Shown here one piece after another: positions 9,348-18,006 of a stretch of 34,235 nucleotides of DNA. The stretch comes from Vulcanimicrobiota bacterium (GTDB lineage: Bacteria > Vulcanimicrobiota > Xenobia > Xenobiales > JADMJV01), in assembly GCA_050250895.1 (NCBI GenBank), contig JBFWNU010000001.1, positions 3,913,002 through 3,947,236 on the forward strand, written 5' to 3'. The position numbers were made by a program, and so were the translations under genes. The notes under the pieces are model-generated. The model was not told the DNA's origin. It did not search any database and worked only from the letters and a program-made list of their open reading frames with translations. Every line of letters starts with the position of its first letter. Within the stretch, counting starts at the first letter, position 1.

Positions 9348-11027
9348 GTGCGAGGGCGGCTGGTTCGCATCCTGGCCGCACTGACGGCTCTGTCGGGGCT
9401 GGTCACACTGGCCTCGAGCTTGAGTCCGGGACTGGCCGAGCGCATCGCCACGCTGAGCCACTGGTTGGATGCGCCCGTGCGCGAGGGGGCGCGCCTGGCC
9501 ACGGCCGTCAGCGGGTTGGTGTTGCTGCTGGTCGCTCGTGGACTCTGGCGTCGCAAGCGTGCGGCCTGGGGTCTGGCGACTGTGGGTCTAGCCGGCTCGG
9601 TGGTAGGCCATCTAGCCAAAGGCCTGGACGGCGAAGAAGCCGGCCTGGCTTTGCTGGCCTTGATTTTGCTGGTGCTGTCGCGGCGCGAGTTTCACGCTCG
9701 CTCCGACGCGCCCTCGATGCGTCGGGCGGGACAGTTGGTGGTGGCCAGTTTCGCCTTTGTGCTTTGCTACGGCACCCTTGGCTTCGGATTACTCGACCAC
9801 CACTACCGGCCTGGCGAGTTTAGCTGGGGTGAAGCCCTGGGGCATACGCTCTGGAGCTTCGTGATGGAACCACCACCTGCGCTCACGCCATTTGGAGAGG
9901 GCTTTTCCCGCACCATCGCCTGGCTGGGTGCCATCACCCTGTGCGCCTCGGTCTTCTTGCTGTTACAACCGATTCTCTATCGCGGGGCCGCCAGCGACCA
10001 GGAACGCGAGCGCGCCAGAGCCATCGTCGAGTCCCATGGGCACTCGTCTCTGGCTTTTTTTGCCCTGCTCTCGGACAAGGCCTACTACTTCACCTCGGGG
10101 GGCTCGGTGGTCGCCTATCTGGTGAAGGGGCGGGTAGCCCTTGCTCTGGGCGATCCCATCGGCCCAGACCAGGACTTGAGCGCAGCCATCGCCGAGTTTG
10201 TCGAGTTCTGCAAGGGCCGAGACTGGGAGCCCGCCTTTGTTCAGGTCCTGCCCGACGGCTTGCCAACTTACCAGCAAGCCGGCTTTGCCCAGCTCGGGTT
10301 GGGGGACGAGGCCGTGGTGATGCTGGCCGACTTCTCGCTCAAGGGCAAGAGGCGGCAGAACCTGCGCACTGCCCTCAACAAGCTGTCAAAACTGGGCTTT
10401 CGACTCGAGCTGCATGAACCTCCCCTCAACCATGACCTGGTCAATCAACTGAAGCTGGTCAGCGACACCTGGCTGACCAGCGTCAACGGGCAAGAAAAGG
10501 GGTTTACTCTGGGTTGGTTCGCCGAAGACTATGTGAGCAACGCCCGCGTCATCGCCTGTCATGATCCCGGCGGCAGGGTCGTGGCCTTCGCCAATCTAGT
10601 GCCCGAGTATCAGCGCAACGAGTGGACCGTCGACCTGATGCGCCATTTGCCCGAGGCACCTCCGGGCACGATGGATGCCATCTTCGTCGAACTGTTCGAG
10701 CGCGCTCGTCAGGAGGGTGTCGAGAGCTTCAGTCTTGGCTTGAGCCCGCTCTCGGGCGTGGGCTCGGATCCTGACGACCCGCTGCCCGAAAAAGCCCTGC
10801 GCTATATCTACGAGAACCTGAACCAGTTCTATAACTTTCAAGGCCTGCATCGATTCAAGGAGAAGTTCGAGCCTTGGTGGAGCCCACGCTATCTCATCTA
10901 TCGAACGGCTGCTTTGCCGGCGGTGGCCACCGCTCTCGTTCGGGCCAGTTCGGGCGAAGGCTTTCTCTGGCAGCAATCGCGCGAGGTACTCAGGCAGACC
11001 CTGGGCCGTCGGCGGGATTTTGGGTAA
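9348..11027 (+). CDS. Phosphatidylglycerol lysyltransferase (MprF C-terminal/DUF2156) domain membrane protein
   Basis: N-terminal TM helices; DKAYYF, ALGDPIG, LGDEAVV, EKGFTLG, VDLMRH, LGLSPL and YNFQGLHRFKEKFEPWWSPRYL. Confidence 0.9.
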   Translation: MRGRLVRILAALTALSGLVTLASSLSPGLAERIATLSHWLDAPVREGARLATAVSGLVLLLVARGLWRRKRAAWGLATVGLAGSVVGHLAKGLDGEEAGLALLALILLVLSRREFHARSDAPSMRRAGQLVVASFAFVLCYGTLGFGLLDHHYRPGEFSWGEALGHTLWSFVMEPPPALTPFGEGFSRTIAWLGAITLCASVFLLLQPILYRGAASDQERERARAIVESHGHSSLAFFALLSDKAYYFTSGGSVVAYLVKGRVALALGDPIGPDQDLSAAIAEFVEFCKGRDWEPAFVQVLPDGLPTYQQAGFAQLGLGDEAVVMLADFSLKGKRRQNLRTALNKLSKLGFRLELHEPPLNHDLVNQLKLVSDTWLTSVNGQEKGFTLGWFAEDYVSNARVIACHDPGGRVVAFANLVPEYQRNEWTVDLMRHLPEAPPGTMDAIFVELFERARQEGVESFSLGLSPLSGVGSDPDDPLPEKALRYIYENLNQFYNFQGLHRFKEKFEPWWSPRYLIYRTAALPAVATALVRASSGEGFLWQQSREVLRQTLGRRRDFG

Positions 11028-11091
11028 AAAAGAATTGCTTCCCCTGTCCCATTTTTAGAACGGTGGGAATAAGTCTTACCGGAGGCTGAAG

Positions 11092-11667
11092 ATGAAAACT
11101 ACCATCCGAAAGCCCTGGGGGTTACGTGCTCGCCGTCGCACAGCGGGAGATTCCTTTGCAGGATGTCTTTTCTTCTGTGTTCTCCTGATTGGCGGAGTAT
11201 CCTGGGCTTACTTTCACTTTTTCCGGCTTTGGGACCTCGATCATCCTCTCGAGGGACATCACATCGTGGCCGAGGCCAGCGCCGAGACCACCAACACCTA
11301 CCGGCTCCATGTGATTCGTCAGGTGTTGGGTCGAGCCCGCGGCGCTCAGCAGCGCGTGGGCGGGCTCTATCGGGGTGTCAAGGACGGTTCGATGAGCGAG
11401 GAAGACTTTCGCCAGGAGTCGTTCGAGGTGGAGCAGGAGCTGCTCGAGAGCATTAAAGACATGAAGTCTCGCTCGGTTCCCAAGAGTTTCGAGAAGGCTC
11501 ACCTCGGGGTGTCGGGAGCCATTGGCGAAGCCTACAAAACACTCGATTATCTTCGCCAGGCGCGCCAGGCCGAGCAGCCCGAACCGCTGCTAGAGCAGGC
11601 CCGGGCCGCCTGGCAGAACAGCCAGAAGCTGTTCGACCACGCCCGCGGTGCCTACGGCTCGGTTTAG
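11092..11667 (+). CDS. Hypothetical membrane-anchored helical protein
   Basis: GGAGG RBS; basic N-terminus, one TM segment, helical body. Confidence 0.7.
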   Translation: MKTTIRKPWGLRARRRTAGDSFAGCLFFCVLLIGGVSWAYFHFFRLWDLDHPLEGHHIVAEASAETTNTYRLHVIRQVLGRARGAQQRVGGLYRGVKDGSMSEEDFRQESFEVEQELLESIKDMKSRSVPKSFEKAHLGVSGAIGEAYKTLDYLRQARQAEQPEPLLEQARAAWQNSQKLFDHARGAYGSV

Positions 11668-12073
11668 CTTTCCTGGCTCGTTTTGTAGAGCAGTAGGACA
11701 GCAGCGGGAGCGGCGATGGCTCCGGCCACCGCGAAAATCGGAGAAGGACGGTAATCACCAGCAGGCCCATGGTCGAGCAGAAGGGGGCGAGCATCGAGAC
11801 TTCAAACCCGCCCATCGTGGAGCCGAGGCTGGTGCCGACCAGAGCTCCAGTCAGCATTCCGGCCACACTTCCGGGGCCGGGTCCTAGGCCGCAACCCGCG
11901 CCCAGTCCTGCGGCGGCCAGCAGTAGACCACCCTTGACCGCCATCTGTCCCACCGTGGGTGGAGCCTTTACTGGAGTGTAGCGGTCGACGGGGTCTTGGT
12001 TGACGGGAGACCCGGCGCTGGCGACGGGACGACTTGGGGCCGAGAAGGTCGGCGATGCGTTGGCAATGATCAC
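11664..12073 (-). pseudogene. Gly-rich membrane protein with an apparent single-base frameshift at the G5 run 11783-11787 (or a sequencing error)
   Basis: Adding one base gives ...MLAPLLLDHGPAGDYRPSPIFAVAGAIAAPAAVLLLYKTSQES* ending at 11664, which abuts the convergent gene. The uncorrected ORF overlaps that gene by ~215 bp. Confidence 0.65.
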
Positions 12074-12079
12074 GGGGAA

Positions 12080-12101
12080 CTCCTACCAGTTTTCCGTGAG
12101 C
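12080..12101 (-). promoter_or_regulatory. Shared promoter motif variant GCTCAC-N10-TAGGAG-N6-GTG
   Basis: Same spacing as the other copies, though AGGAG could instead be an RBS. A second TTTCAG-N10-TAGAGC lies at 12147-12126. Confidence 0.5.
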
Positions 12102-12157
12102 TGCAAGGTTGAGTGACCAGTTCCGGCTCTATCGAACCGGACTGAAAACATCTGAAG

Positions 12158-12183
12158 AAGAGCCGCCCGATCGGGCGGCTCTT
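12158..12183 (-). terminator. Hairpin, probable terminator
   Basis: Perfect 26-bp inverted repeat aagagccgcccga/tcgggcggctctt immediately after the stop at 12186; weak U-tract. Confidence 0.7.
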
Positions 12184-12185
12184 GT

Positions 12186-12614
12186 TTACTGGGCTTTATT
12201 GACCTGGATCTGTTGAATCTTGTAGATGTCGCCCTCTTTGAAGAAGTTGACGGCCAGATCGGCCTTGCCGCCTTTGTCGAAGGTCGCTTCGTAGACGAGC
12301 AGGCCGTTCATGTCGGCCACGGTGCTGCGCGAGGGGATCAGTTTCTTCGACTTGAAGTTGCCGAAGTTCTTCTTGTACTGGCCTTTGTAAAGGCTGTTAT
12401 AGGCCTGCTCGGTGCAGACGCCGGCCATCATCTGGGCCCACTCCGAATAGAACTTCTTCCAGTTGTCGGCGTTGTAGGCAGCCATGGCCCGATCGACCAT
12501 CCCGTCCATGCTCTTGAAGCGCTCCTGGGACAACCCGGGCGCCAGGTCGTCGGCGCTGGCCAGTCCGCTGCCCAGCGCCATCGCGGCCAAAACAACCATC
12601 AGCAATTTCTTCAT
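12186..12614 (-). CDS. Secreted hypothetical protein, 142 aa (possibly DUF3887/NTF2-like fold)
   Basis: Sec signal peptide MKKLLMVVLAAMALGSGLASA; GAGGA RBS; 'VYEATFDK' pattern. Start reassigned to 12614. Confidence 0.75.
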   Translation of the reverse strand: MKKLLMVVLAAMALGSGLASADDLAPGLSQERFKSMDGMVDRAMAAYNADNWKKFYSEWAQMMAGVCTEQAYNSLYKGQYKKNFGNFKSKKLIPSRSTVADMNGLLVYEATFDKGGKADLAVNFFKEGDIYKIQQIQVNKAQ

Positions 12615-12795
12615 CGATCCATCCTCGTCTTTCCAAGTTTTCTTCGCCGCCATCTTAGCCCGAGGGCGTGGCCGGCGATGTGACATTCGGCACGGCTTCA
12701 TACCACCAGGTGTGAAGCAGTCCAACCTTGATTGCGGGCGCGTCGGCCAGCACGGCCAGGGCCATTTTACGCCGCCGCTCTTCGGGACACCTGGC

Positions 12796-12828
12796 TATCA
12801 GCGTGTTTTCAGGTTCGACTGCTAGCCT
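12796..12828 (+). promoter_or_regulatory. Shared promoter motif TATCAG-N5-TTTCAG-N10-TAGCCT-N6-ATG
   Basis: TATCAG 12796, TTTCAG 12807, TAGCCT 12823, ATG 12835. Confidence 0.75.
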
Positions 12829-12834
12829 TGTCCC

Positions 12835-13515
12835 ATGCAGGTACGCGCCGCCAGAAGCCTGGCCAAAAGCAAGAGCCTTCGCCAACGTCTGGAAGACTCG
12901 ATGTTGGGTCGACCCGACCAGCCTCGCCAGCAGGTCAAAGCCGACCTGGCTTCGGCTAATCGGCTCGACTCTTACTCGCGTCAGGATATTCTGGGCGCCA
13001 TCGACTTCGCCAGTCAGCGCTGGCAGGCCAACGCGACCGGGCCTGACCGTGATTGTGCTCTGGCCAACCTGGCCGTCGATAAGAACCGTTTCGAGAACTC
13101 TGGTGCCCAATCGATCGGGGGGCTGGCCCAAGAACTCGCGGTTGGTGCCCTTCGCCGCGACGATCAGCTCAAGTGGATGGTCCGCGGCGGGTTAGCCGTG
13201 GGTCTGGGAGGCTTCATGGGAGCCATGGCCGGCTACGGAGCGCTGCCCCTGGTGGTGGGGCTGGCCGGCGTTGCCGCCTCGGCCGCCAGCGAACTGGCCC
13301 GCCAGTCCCAGCCGCAGATGGAGTCGTTGGGACGCCTGCCTGTCTACGCCGGGCTGGTGGTCGAGCAGCGTGAACTGGCTGCCCGCAAGCAAGAGCAGGC
13401 CGAAGAGGTCGAGCGCCTGGTCAAGAGCCTGGCCCAACCCTCGGTCGCCAACCTGGAGTTGAGCGACGAGGGTGTCTGGATTGGCAACACCTACATTCCC
13501 AGTCTGGACCCGTGA
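12835..13515 (+). CDS. Hypothetical protein: Gly-rich TM hairpin, coiled coil, conserved C-terminal motif
   Basis: GGLAVGLGGFMGAMAG...VGLAGVAAS; ends LELSDEGVWIGNTYIPSLDP. Confidence 0.8.
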   Translation: MQVRAARSLAKSKSLRQRLEDSMLGRPDQPRQQVKADLASANRLDSYSRQDILGAIDFASQRWQANATGPDRDCALANLAVDKNRFENSGAQSIGGLAQELAVGALRRDDQLKWMVRGGLAVGLGGFMGAMAGYGALPLVVGLAGVAASAASELARQSQPQMESLGRLPVYAGLVVEQRELAARKQEQAEEVERLVKSLAQPSVANLELSDEGVWIGNTYIPSLDP

Positions 13516-14747
13516 ACGAACTCGACCGCTATCTGGCTGCCCGCCGAGCCGAGGGCTCGACCGATTCATCGGGTGCCTTTACCCTCTCGCCCGAGCATGC
13601 CCGCAAGAAGCTGGGTGAGAGCTTCGACTGGACCGTTCCCGGCTATTACTTGCTGCGCTTGATTCAAGCCGCCGTGCGGGGCGGAGCCACCGATATCGTG
13701 GTCCGCCTGTCGCGGCGCCGGGTCCAGCTCGAGTTCGGGGCGCCCTTGCAGCCCGCTCTTCTTCCCGACCAGGTGCTGAGCCGGTTGATTGCGGGCACGC
13801 TGCCGAGAACCGGGCCAGAAGCCCACCTCCAGCCGGCCCTGCTGGCCGCCACCGCCAGTGATGTGAGGCGCTTTGCTTATGTCTGCATGGGGGCGCCCCA
13901 GGGCGACTGCTTGCTCTACCAGGATGGCGAGCTGCAGATGCGTCGAGGCGCCACGCCGCCAGTAACAGGCCATCGCTACTGCTTCGACTTTGAAAAGAGT
14001 GGGGGAGGGGGCTACGGCGTGCCTCGCTCGATGACCGAGCTGCGCCACGCCATGCAGGCCACCGGCGCCGAGCATTGGGCGCTCAATTCTCGTTGCCCGG
14101 CATGCCCGGTGCCGTTGGTCGTCGACGGCCGTGATATCGCTCAGGGGTTGGCGCTGCGGGCCCCCGAAGTCGAGTGGTTCACCGAGGTAGGGCCCTTCTT
14201 TCTGGGGGCCAATGCCGCTCCTGGACGTAGTTTTCGCTGTGCTCAGAGTCTCGAATCTCGCGAGCGAGTGGGTCTTCACGGTGTTTTCTGCGGGGTCGGC
14301 TCGGAGCGCTGGGTGGGCGACCTGATCCTGTTGCCCTGTGCTCTGGACGGACCTGGTAGCATCAACTTTTATAGCGATGGAGTCTTTTTGGAGAGCTGTT
14401 TCCAGCAGTTCGATACCCCCGGCCCCATCATCTACGCTCCGCTCGATGGCCTCAAGACCGACGCCTCCGGCTTGAGAGTGGTGGATGACGATGCCCTCCA
14501 GGCACGACTCGGGCCATGGGCCGAGCGGCTCGAGACGTTGCGGGGACGGGTGCTCGACAATCTTCACCTTCTGCAGGCACCGGCGGCCATCTTCGGAGGG
14601 CCCTTGTTCGGGCCCGAAGCACGTCGCGTCTTGCTGGAGCTGGGAGTGATTCAGGAATACCCACTCCACCATCTCGCCAACGAAGAAGTCAAAGAGGCCA
14701 TCAAGGCTCACCTCGTGGTGGCGGGTCCCCGCGGCTACCGGCGCTGA
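13512..14747 (+). CDS. Hypothetical protein, degenerate GHKL/Hsp90-like; paralogue of 29123-30832
   Basis: GTGA overlap with the upstream gene; SSGAFTLSPEHARKKL...YYLLRLIQAAVRGGA...LKTDASGLRVVDD. Confidence 0.75.
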   Translation: MNELDRYLAARRAEGSTDSSGAFTLSPEHARKKLGESFDWTVPGYYLLRLIQAAVRGGATDIVVRLSRRRVQLEFGAPLQPALLPDQVLSRLIAGTLPRTGPEAHLQPALLAATASDVRRFAYVCMGAPQGDCLLYQDGELQMRRGATPPVTGHRYCFDFEKSGGGGYGVPRSMTELRHAMQATGAEHWALNSRCPACPVPLVVDGRDIAQGLALRAPEVEWFTEVGPFFLGANAAPGRSFRCAQSLESRERVGLHGVFCGVGSERWVGDLILLPCALDGPGSINFYSDGVFLESCFQQFDTPGPIIYAPLDGLKTDASGLRVVDDDALQARLGPWAERLETLRGRVLDNLHLLQAPAAIFGGPLFGPEARRVLLELGVIQEYPLHHLANEEVKEAIKAHLVVAGPRGYRR

Positions 14748-14757
14748 TTCCGGGAAA

Positions 14758-14779
14758 TTTCAGGCAAGCCCTTTAGACT
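14758..14779 (+). promoter_or_regulatory. Shared promoter motif TTTCAG-N10-TAGACT-N6-GTG
   Basis: TTTCAG 14758, TAGACT 14774, GTG 14786; ATTCCG lies 11 bp upstream of the box. Confidence 0.75.
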
Positions 14780-14785
14780 GACGGG

Positions 14786-15766
14786 GTGCAGGTCCGCTCG
14801 CTCATCTCAGGGTCCGCTCTGGTCCATCGCGCCTTCGCGCGCCCGTCGGCCGAAGACACCGACCGGCTCGAGGCTAGCGTCATGGTGTCGAGTCGAGGCG
14901 CCCAGCGCGAGGAGTTTCGCCCCTTGCGCCGTCAGGTGTTAGAGCAGCTTGGGCAGCGACTGCCCGACACCGCTGAACCGCTGGCCCTGGCCGAACGAAT
15001 GCTCAACGATCAGTGCTTGATGGAGCGTGAAGGCGATCTGGTTGACTTCCCCCACACCCTCGACCAGCTCGAACCAAGGCTTGGGCCGGGTCAAGCCGCC
15101 CACCATCTCGATACCGTCGAGTCTTATCTGGCCTTCTCGGGGCTAGCCGATCTTCCCCAGGAGGGCCGAGTGGCGCTGGCCCTGGCCAGCGCCGATCCCT
15201 CGCTTCAGGCCCGTCTAGAAGCCCACTGCCGCCCGTCCCGCCTCGAGGGATTGACCGCGGTGGCCGTCGAGCGCGTGCGTCGACGCGCCGCCGAGACGCG
15301 GCTGCAAGCCCTGGCGGACCGCCCCCACGGATCCTCCGCGGAGTTGGTGCAACAGGCGGCCAGCTGGGGCGCCGACCCGGTCCAGCTGGCTACCCATTGG
15401 CTCTTGGGGGTGCCACGGGGCCAGGGGTTGGCCGAGTTGGCTACAGTGCTTGAGCCGGGCCAGAGTGACGCCTGGTGGCAAGGCCTACAACAGGGCGCCG
15501 CTCAGCGTCCCGACCTGACCGGGCCGTGGAATCGGCTGGCGGGCCTGGTGCCTCGTCTGGGTCTGGCCGACGCGGCGGCAGCCGAGGCCTATGTCGAAGG
15601 GCGAGTGGCTGCTGGCGAAGCGGCCGAGGTCGCCCTGGGGCGATTCTTGCAGGCTCGGTTGCTGGGCACCGAGGTCCAGAATCTCGAGACCGGTCCCGCT
15701 CATGGGTTGGCCATTTTGGCCGAGGCTGTGGATATCTCCGGCATTTCGCTACCCATCGAGAATTGA
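14786..15766 (+). CDS. Hypothetical helical protein with conserved C-terminal motif
   Basis: 326 aa; starts MQVRS; ends LAILAEAVDISGISLPIEN. Confidence 0.75.
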   Translation: MQVRSLISGSALVHRAFARPSAEDTDRLEASVMVSSRGAQREEFRPLRRQVLEQLGQRLPDTAEPLALAERMLNDQCLMEREGDLVDFPHTLDQLEPRLGPGQAAHHLDTVESYLAFSGLADLPQEGRVALALASADPSLQARLEAHCRPSRLEGLTAVAVERVRRRAAETRLQALADRPHGSSAELVQQAASWGADPVQLATHWLLGVPRGQGLAELATVLEPGQSDAWWQGLQQGAAQRPDLTGPWNRLAGLVPRLGLADAAAAEAYVEGRVAAGEAAEVALGRFLQARLLGTEVQNLETGPAHGLAILAEAVDISGISLPIEN

Positions 15767-15924
15767 GCTCGTAAACAGAAGGCATGTTCGTAAAAACACT
15801 CACTTCGGTTGTCCGTTTGTACCCATTCTGGTTACTTTTCCTGGTTGGAATCCGGTACGTTATGCCCTATGCTCGACCCATCGGCGCGGGGGAAACACTC
15901 TGAGCAGGAATGTAAAGGCCGGAA

Positions 15925-16980
15925 ATGGACAACGAAAGAGATAAAAAGTTCTTCTGGACACTGGCGATTTGCACGCTGATCGCCGCTCTGACCTACCGCA
16001 TCCCGTCGGTGGCCATGTGGGTCGGATTCGCCTTCGCAGGCTACTCGGTCATCGCCAACGACAGCATTCAGACCCTCGGTACCTTCCTGTGCTCGAACCG
16101 CAAGCGCCCCTGGTGGCACCTCTGGATCTACGTCGGCGGCATCTTCCTGGTCACCACCCTCTATAGTTTCTATACCTACCACGGCGACGTGTCCTACGGT
16201 CGCCTGATGGCCGAGGGCTTCGACAAAGCGCCCACCAGCTTCACTTTCTTGCAGATGTGCGCACCGCTGGTGCTGCTGGTGTTGACCCGTTGCTCCATTC
16301 CGGTATCCACCACGTTCCTGGTGCTGTCGGCTTTTGCCGCTTCAGGCACCTCGCTCCGCTCGGTCATCTTCAAAAGCACCACCGGCTACTACATCGCCTT
16401 CCTATGCGCCTTCGGGTTGTGGATGCTGACCTATCACCTGTTCGTGCCCAGCCGCCGACGCAGCGACGACGAGCCCGGCCCCTGGTGGGCCCTGGCCCAG
16501 TGGATCTCTTCCGGGGCCCTGTGGTCGGTCTGGATTATGCAAGATGCCGCCAACGTGGGAGTGTATCTGCCCCGCGGCCTCAACGGCACCCAGTGCTTCA
16601 CCTACTGCTTCGTGTTGGTCATCGGCCTGGGTCTGCTGATGTATCAGGGCGGTGGCGCCATCCAGGAGGTGGTGTCTGAAAAGCACCAGACCTCGGACAT
16701 ACGCCAGGCTACACTGATCAACTTCGTCTACGCGATGATCCTCTACTACTTCAAAGCGCTCAGCAACATCCCCATGAGCACCACCTGGGTGTTCGTCGGA
16801 CTGTTGGCCGGCCGCGAACTGGGTTTGACCCTGGCCAGCCACGGTCGCACCCGTTCTCGCCGTGAGACCCTCCACATCATCGCCAAGGACCTGGGCCGAG
16901 TCAGTCTCGGACTGTTCGTCTCGGTGGTGCTGGCGGTGATCGTCAATCCCATCATCCGCTTCGACCTGCTCGGTTTCTAA
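15925..16980 (+). CDS. Polytopic membrane protein, distant PiT (inorganic phosphate transporter)-like
   Basis: About 10 TM segments; twofold repeat of PiT-like signatures IANDSIQ...IPVSTT and QDAAN...IPMSTT. Confidence 0.7.
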   Translation: MDNERDKKFFWTLAICTLIAALTYRIPSVAMWVGFAFAGYSVIANDSIQTLGTFLCSNRKRPWWHLWIYVGGIFLVTTLYSFYTYHGDVSYGRLMAEGFDKAPTSFTFLQMCAPLVLLVLTRCSIPVSTTFLVLSAFAASGTSLRSVIFKSTTGYYIAFLCAFGLWMLTYHLFVPSRRRSDDEPGPWWALAQWISSGALWSVWIMQDAANVGVYLPRGLNGTQCFTYCFVLVIGLGLLMYQGGGAIQEVVSEKHQTSDIRQATLINFVYAMILYYFKALSNIPMSTTWVFVGLLAGRELGLTLASHGRTRSRRETLHIIAKDLGRVSLGLFVSVVLAVIVNPIIRFDLLGF

Positions 16981-17429
16981 AAACGCGGTTCCACGATGGG
17001 CGAAGCGCTCAGAATGTCTTCCAGGTTGAGCAGGACCTGATCCGGATTGGCCGGCATGGCCAGGATCATGGCGTTGAGGGTTCGCGACGACGTTCCTTTG
17101 GCGAGGATGTCGGCGATCAGGTCGCCAGCCCGGTCAAGATAGGAACTCCCTTTGGTTTTGAAGCCCTTCTGGTTGTAGAGGATGTCGAGGCTGACCGATA
17201 CTTGATTCTTCCATCGGTCCCGATCGTCGCCGGCAATTCCCTCGTGGACGGCTCGTGAGGCCTTCTCGGTCATTTTGCCGATTTTCTCGATGGTCGTGAT
17301 GGCACTACCGCGGTCAGGCCAGCTCTGTTGGACGGTTTTCTCAGGGCACGACGCGTCTTCAGTGGGTTCCGGTCCGGGAAGCGTGAGAACGGACTTCTGG
17401 TTATAGGTCTGTAGCGGTGAAAAGTTCAT
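16977..17429 (-). CDS. Hypothetical protein, 150 aa
   Basis: AAGGAG RBS before MNFSPLQ (start reassigned to 17429); stop overlaps the convergent gene. Confidence 0.65.
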   Translation of the reverse strand: MNFSPLQTYNQKSVLTLPGPEPTEDASCPEKTVQQSWPDRGSAITTIEKIGKMTEKASRAVHEGIAGDDRDRWKNQVSVSLDILYNQKGFKTKGSSYLDRAGDLIADILAKGTSSRTLNAMILAMPANPDQVLLNLEDILSASPIVEPRF

Positions 17430-17623
17430 GGAATGGCTCCTTTGACGGGGTTTTTTGCTCGAGACAAAGCCTATCCGACCGAGCAAAGCCGATTGTCAGC
17501 GGCACACCGCTAGATGTGAACGATTTGTTACAAGATGTGGCGTCTCAAGACCGCCTGGATGAGATCTCCCTGAGATCCACTTTTTAGACTAGCGGAGGAA
17601 TCCATCCAGGAAGGAGCCAGGAC

Positions 17624-17962
17624 GTGAATATCCATCAGTTCGTCTGTCAGGTGGTGGAGGCCATTCTAGCCGATCGAATCGTCGATGTGGGTCTGGTAGC
17701 CCAGGCTTTAGAAGAGTATCTACAAGAAATTGAAGGCTTGCGAAGCCAGTCGGATGGCCTGATCGACGAGGCCAGAGCCCTGCTGGCCGAGTCGGTCGAG
17801 ATGAGCGCCGATTGCGTCGCCCACCTCTTAGGCCACCTGCAAGAGGCGTGGCTTCTAGAGCCGGAACCACTCTTGCGAACCGCCCTGGAAGCCGCCGAGA
17901 TCCTCAACGAGATTGAGCGCTTCGAGACCACCACAATCGCGGCAAAGGCGCTGGTCGCGTGA
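17624..17962 (+). CDS. Hypothetical acidic helical protein, 112 aa
   Basis: AAGGAG RBS; amphipathic, E/L/A-rich. Confidence 0.65.
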   Translation: MNIHQFVCQVVEAILADRIVDVGLVAQALEEYLQEIEGLRSQSDGLIDEARALLAESVEMSADCVAHLLGHLQEAWLLEPEPLLRTALEAAEILNEIERFETTTIAAKALVA

Positions 17963-17977
17963 GGAATTTAGGCACTC

Positions 17978-17999
17978 TTTCAGCCCCCTTGGCTAGGCT
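17978..17999 (+). promoter_or_regulatory. Shared promoter motif TTTCAG-N10-TAGGCT-N7-ATG
   Basis: TTTCAG 17978, TAGGCT 17994, in-frame ATG 18007; TTTAGG lies 11 bp upstream of the box. Confidence 0.7.
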
Positions 18000-18006
18000 G
18001 AGCCTG

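Noticed and set aside
8271-9461. Long antisense ORFs (also 1404-2117, 3629-4525, 4562-5428, 5839-6720, 13566-14711, 20237-21097, 22916-24433)
   Set aside because: Each lies opposite a gene with clear family motifs or operon context; such ORFs are expected at this GC content.
15888-15899. GGGGGAAACACT shared with 7308-7319
   Set aside because: At 7308 it is simply the RBS region. Two occurrences of a 12-mer give no functional support.
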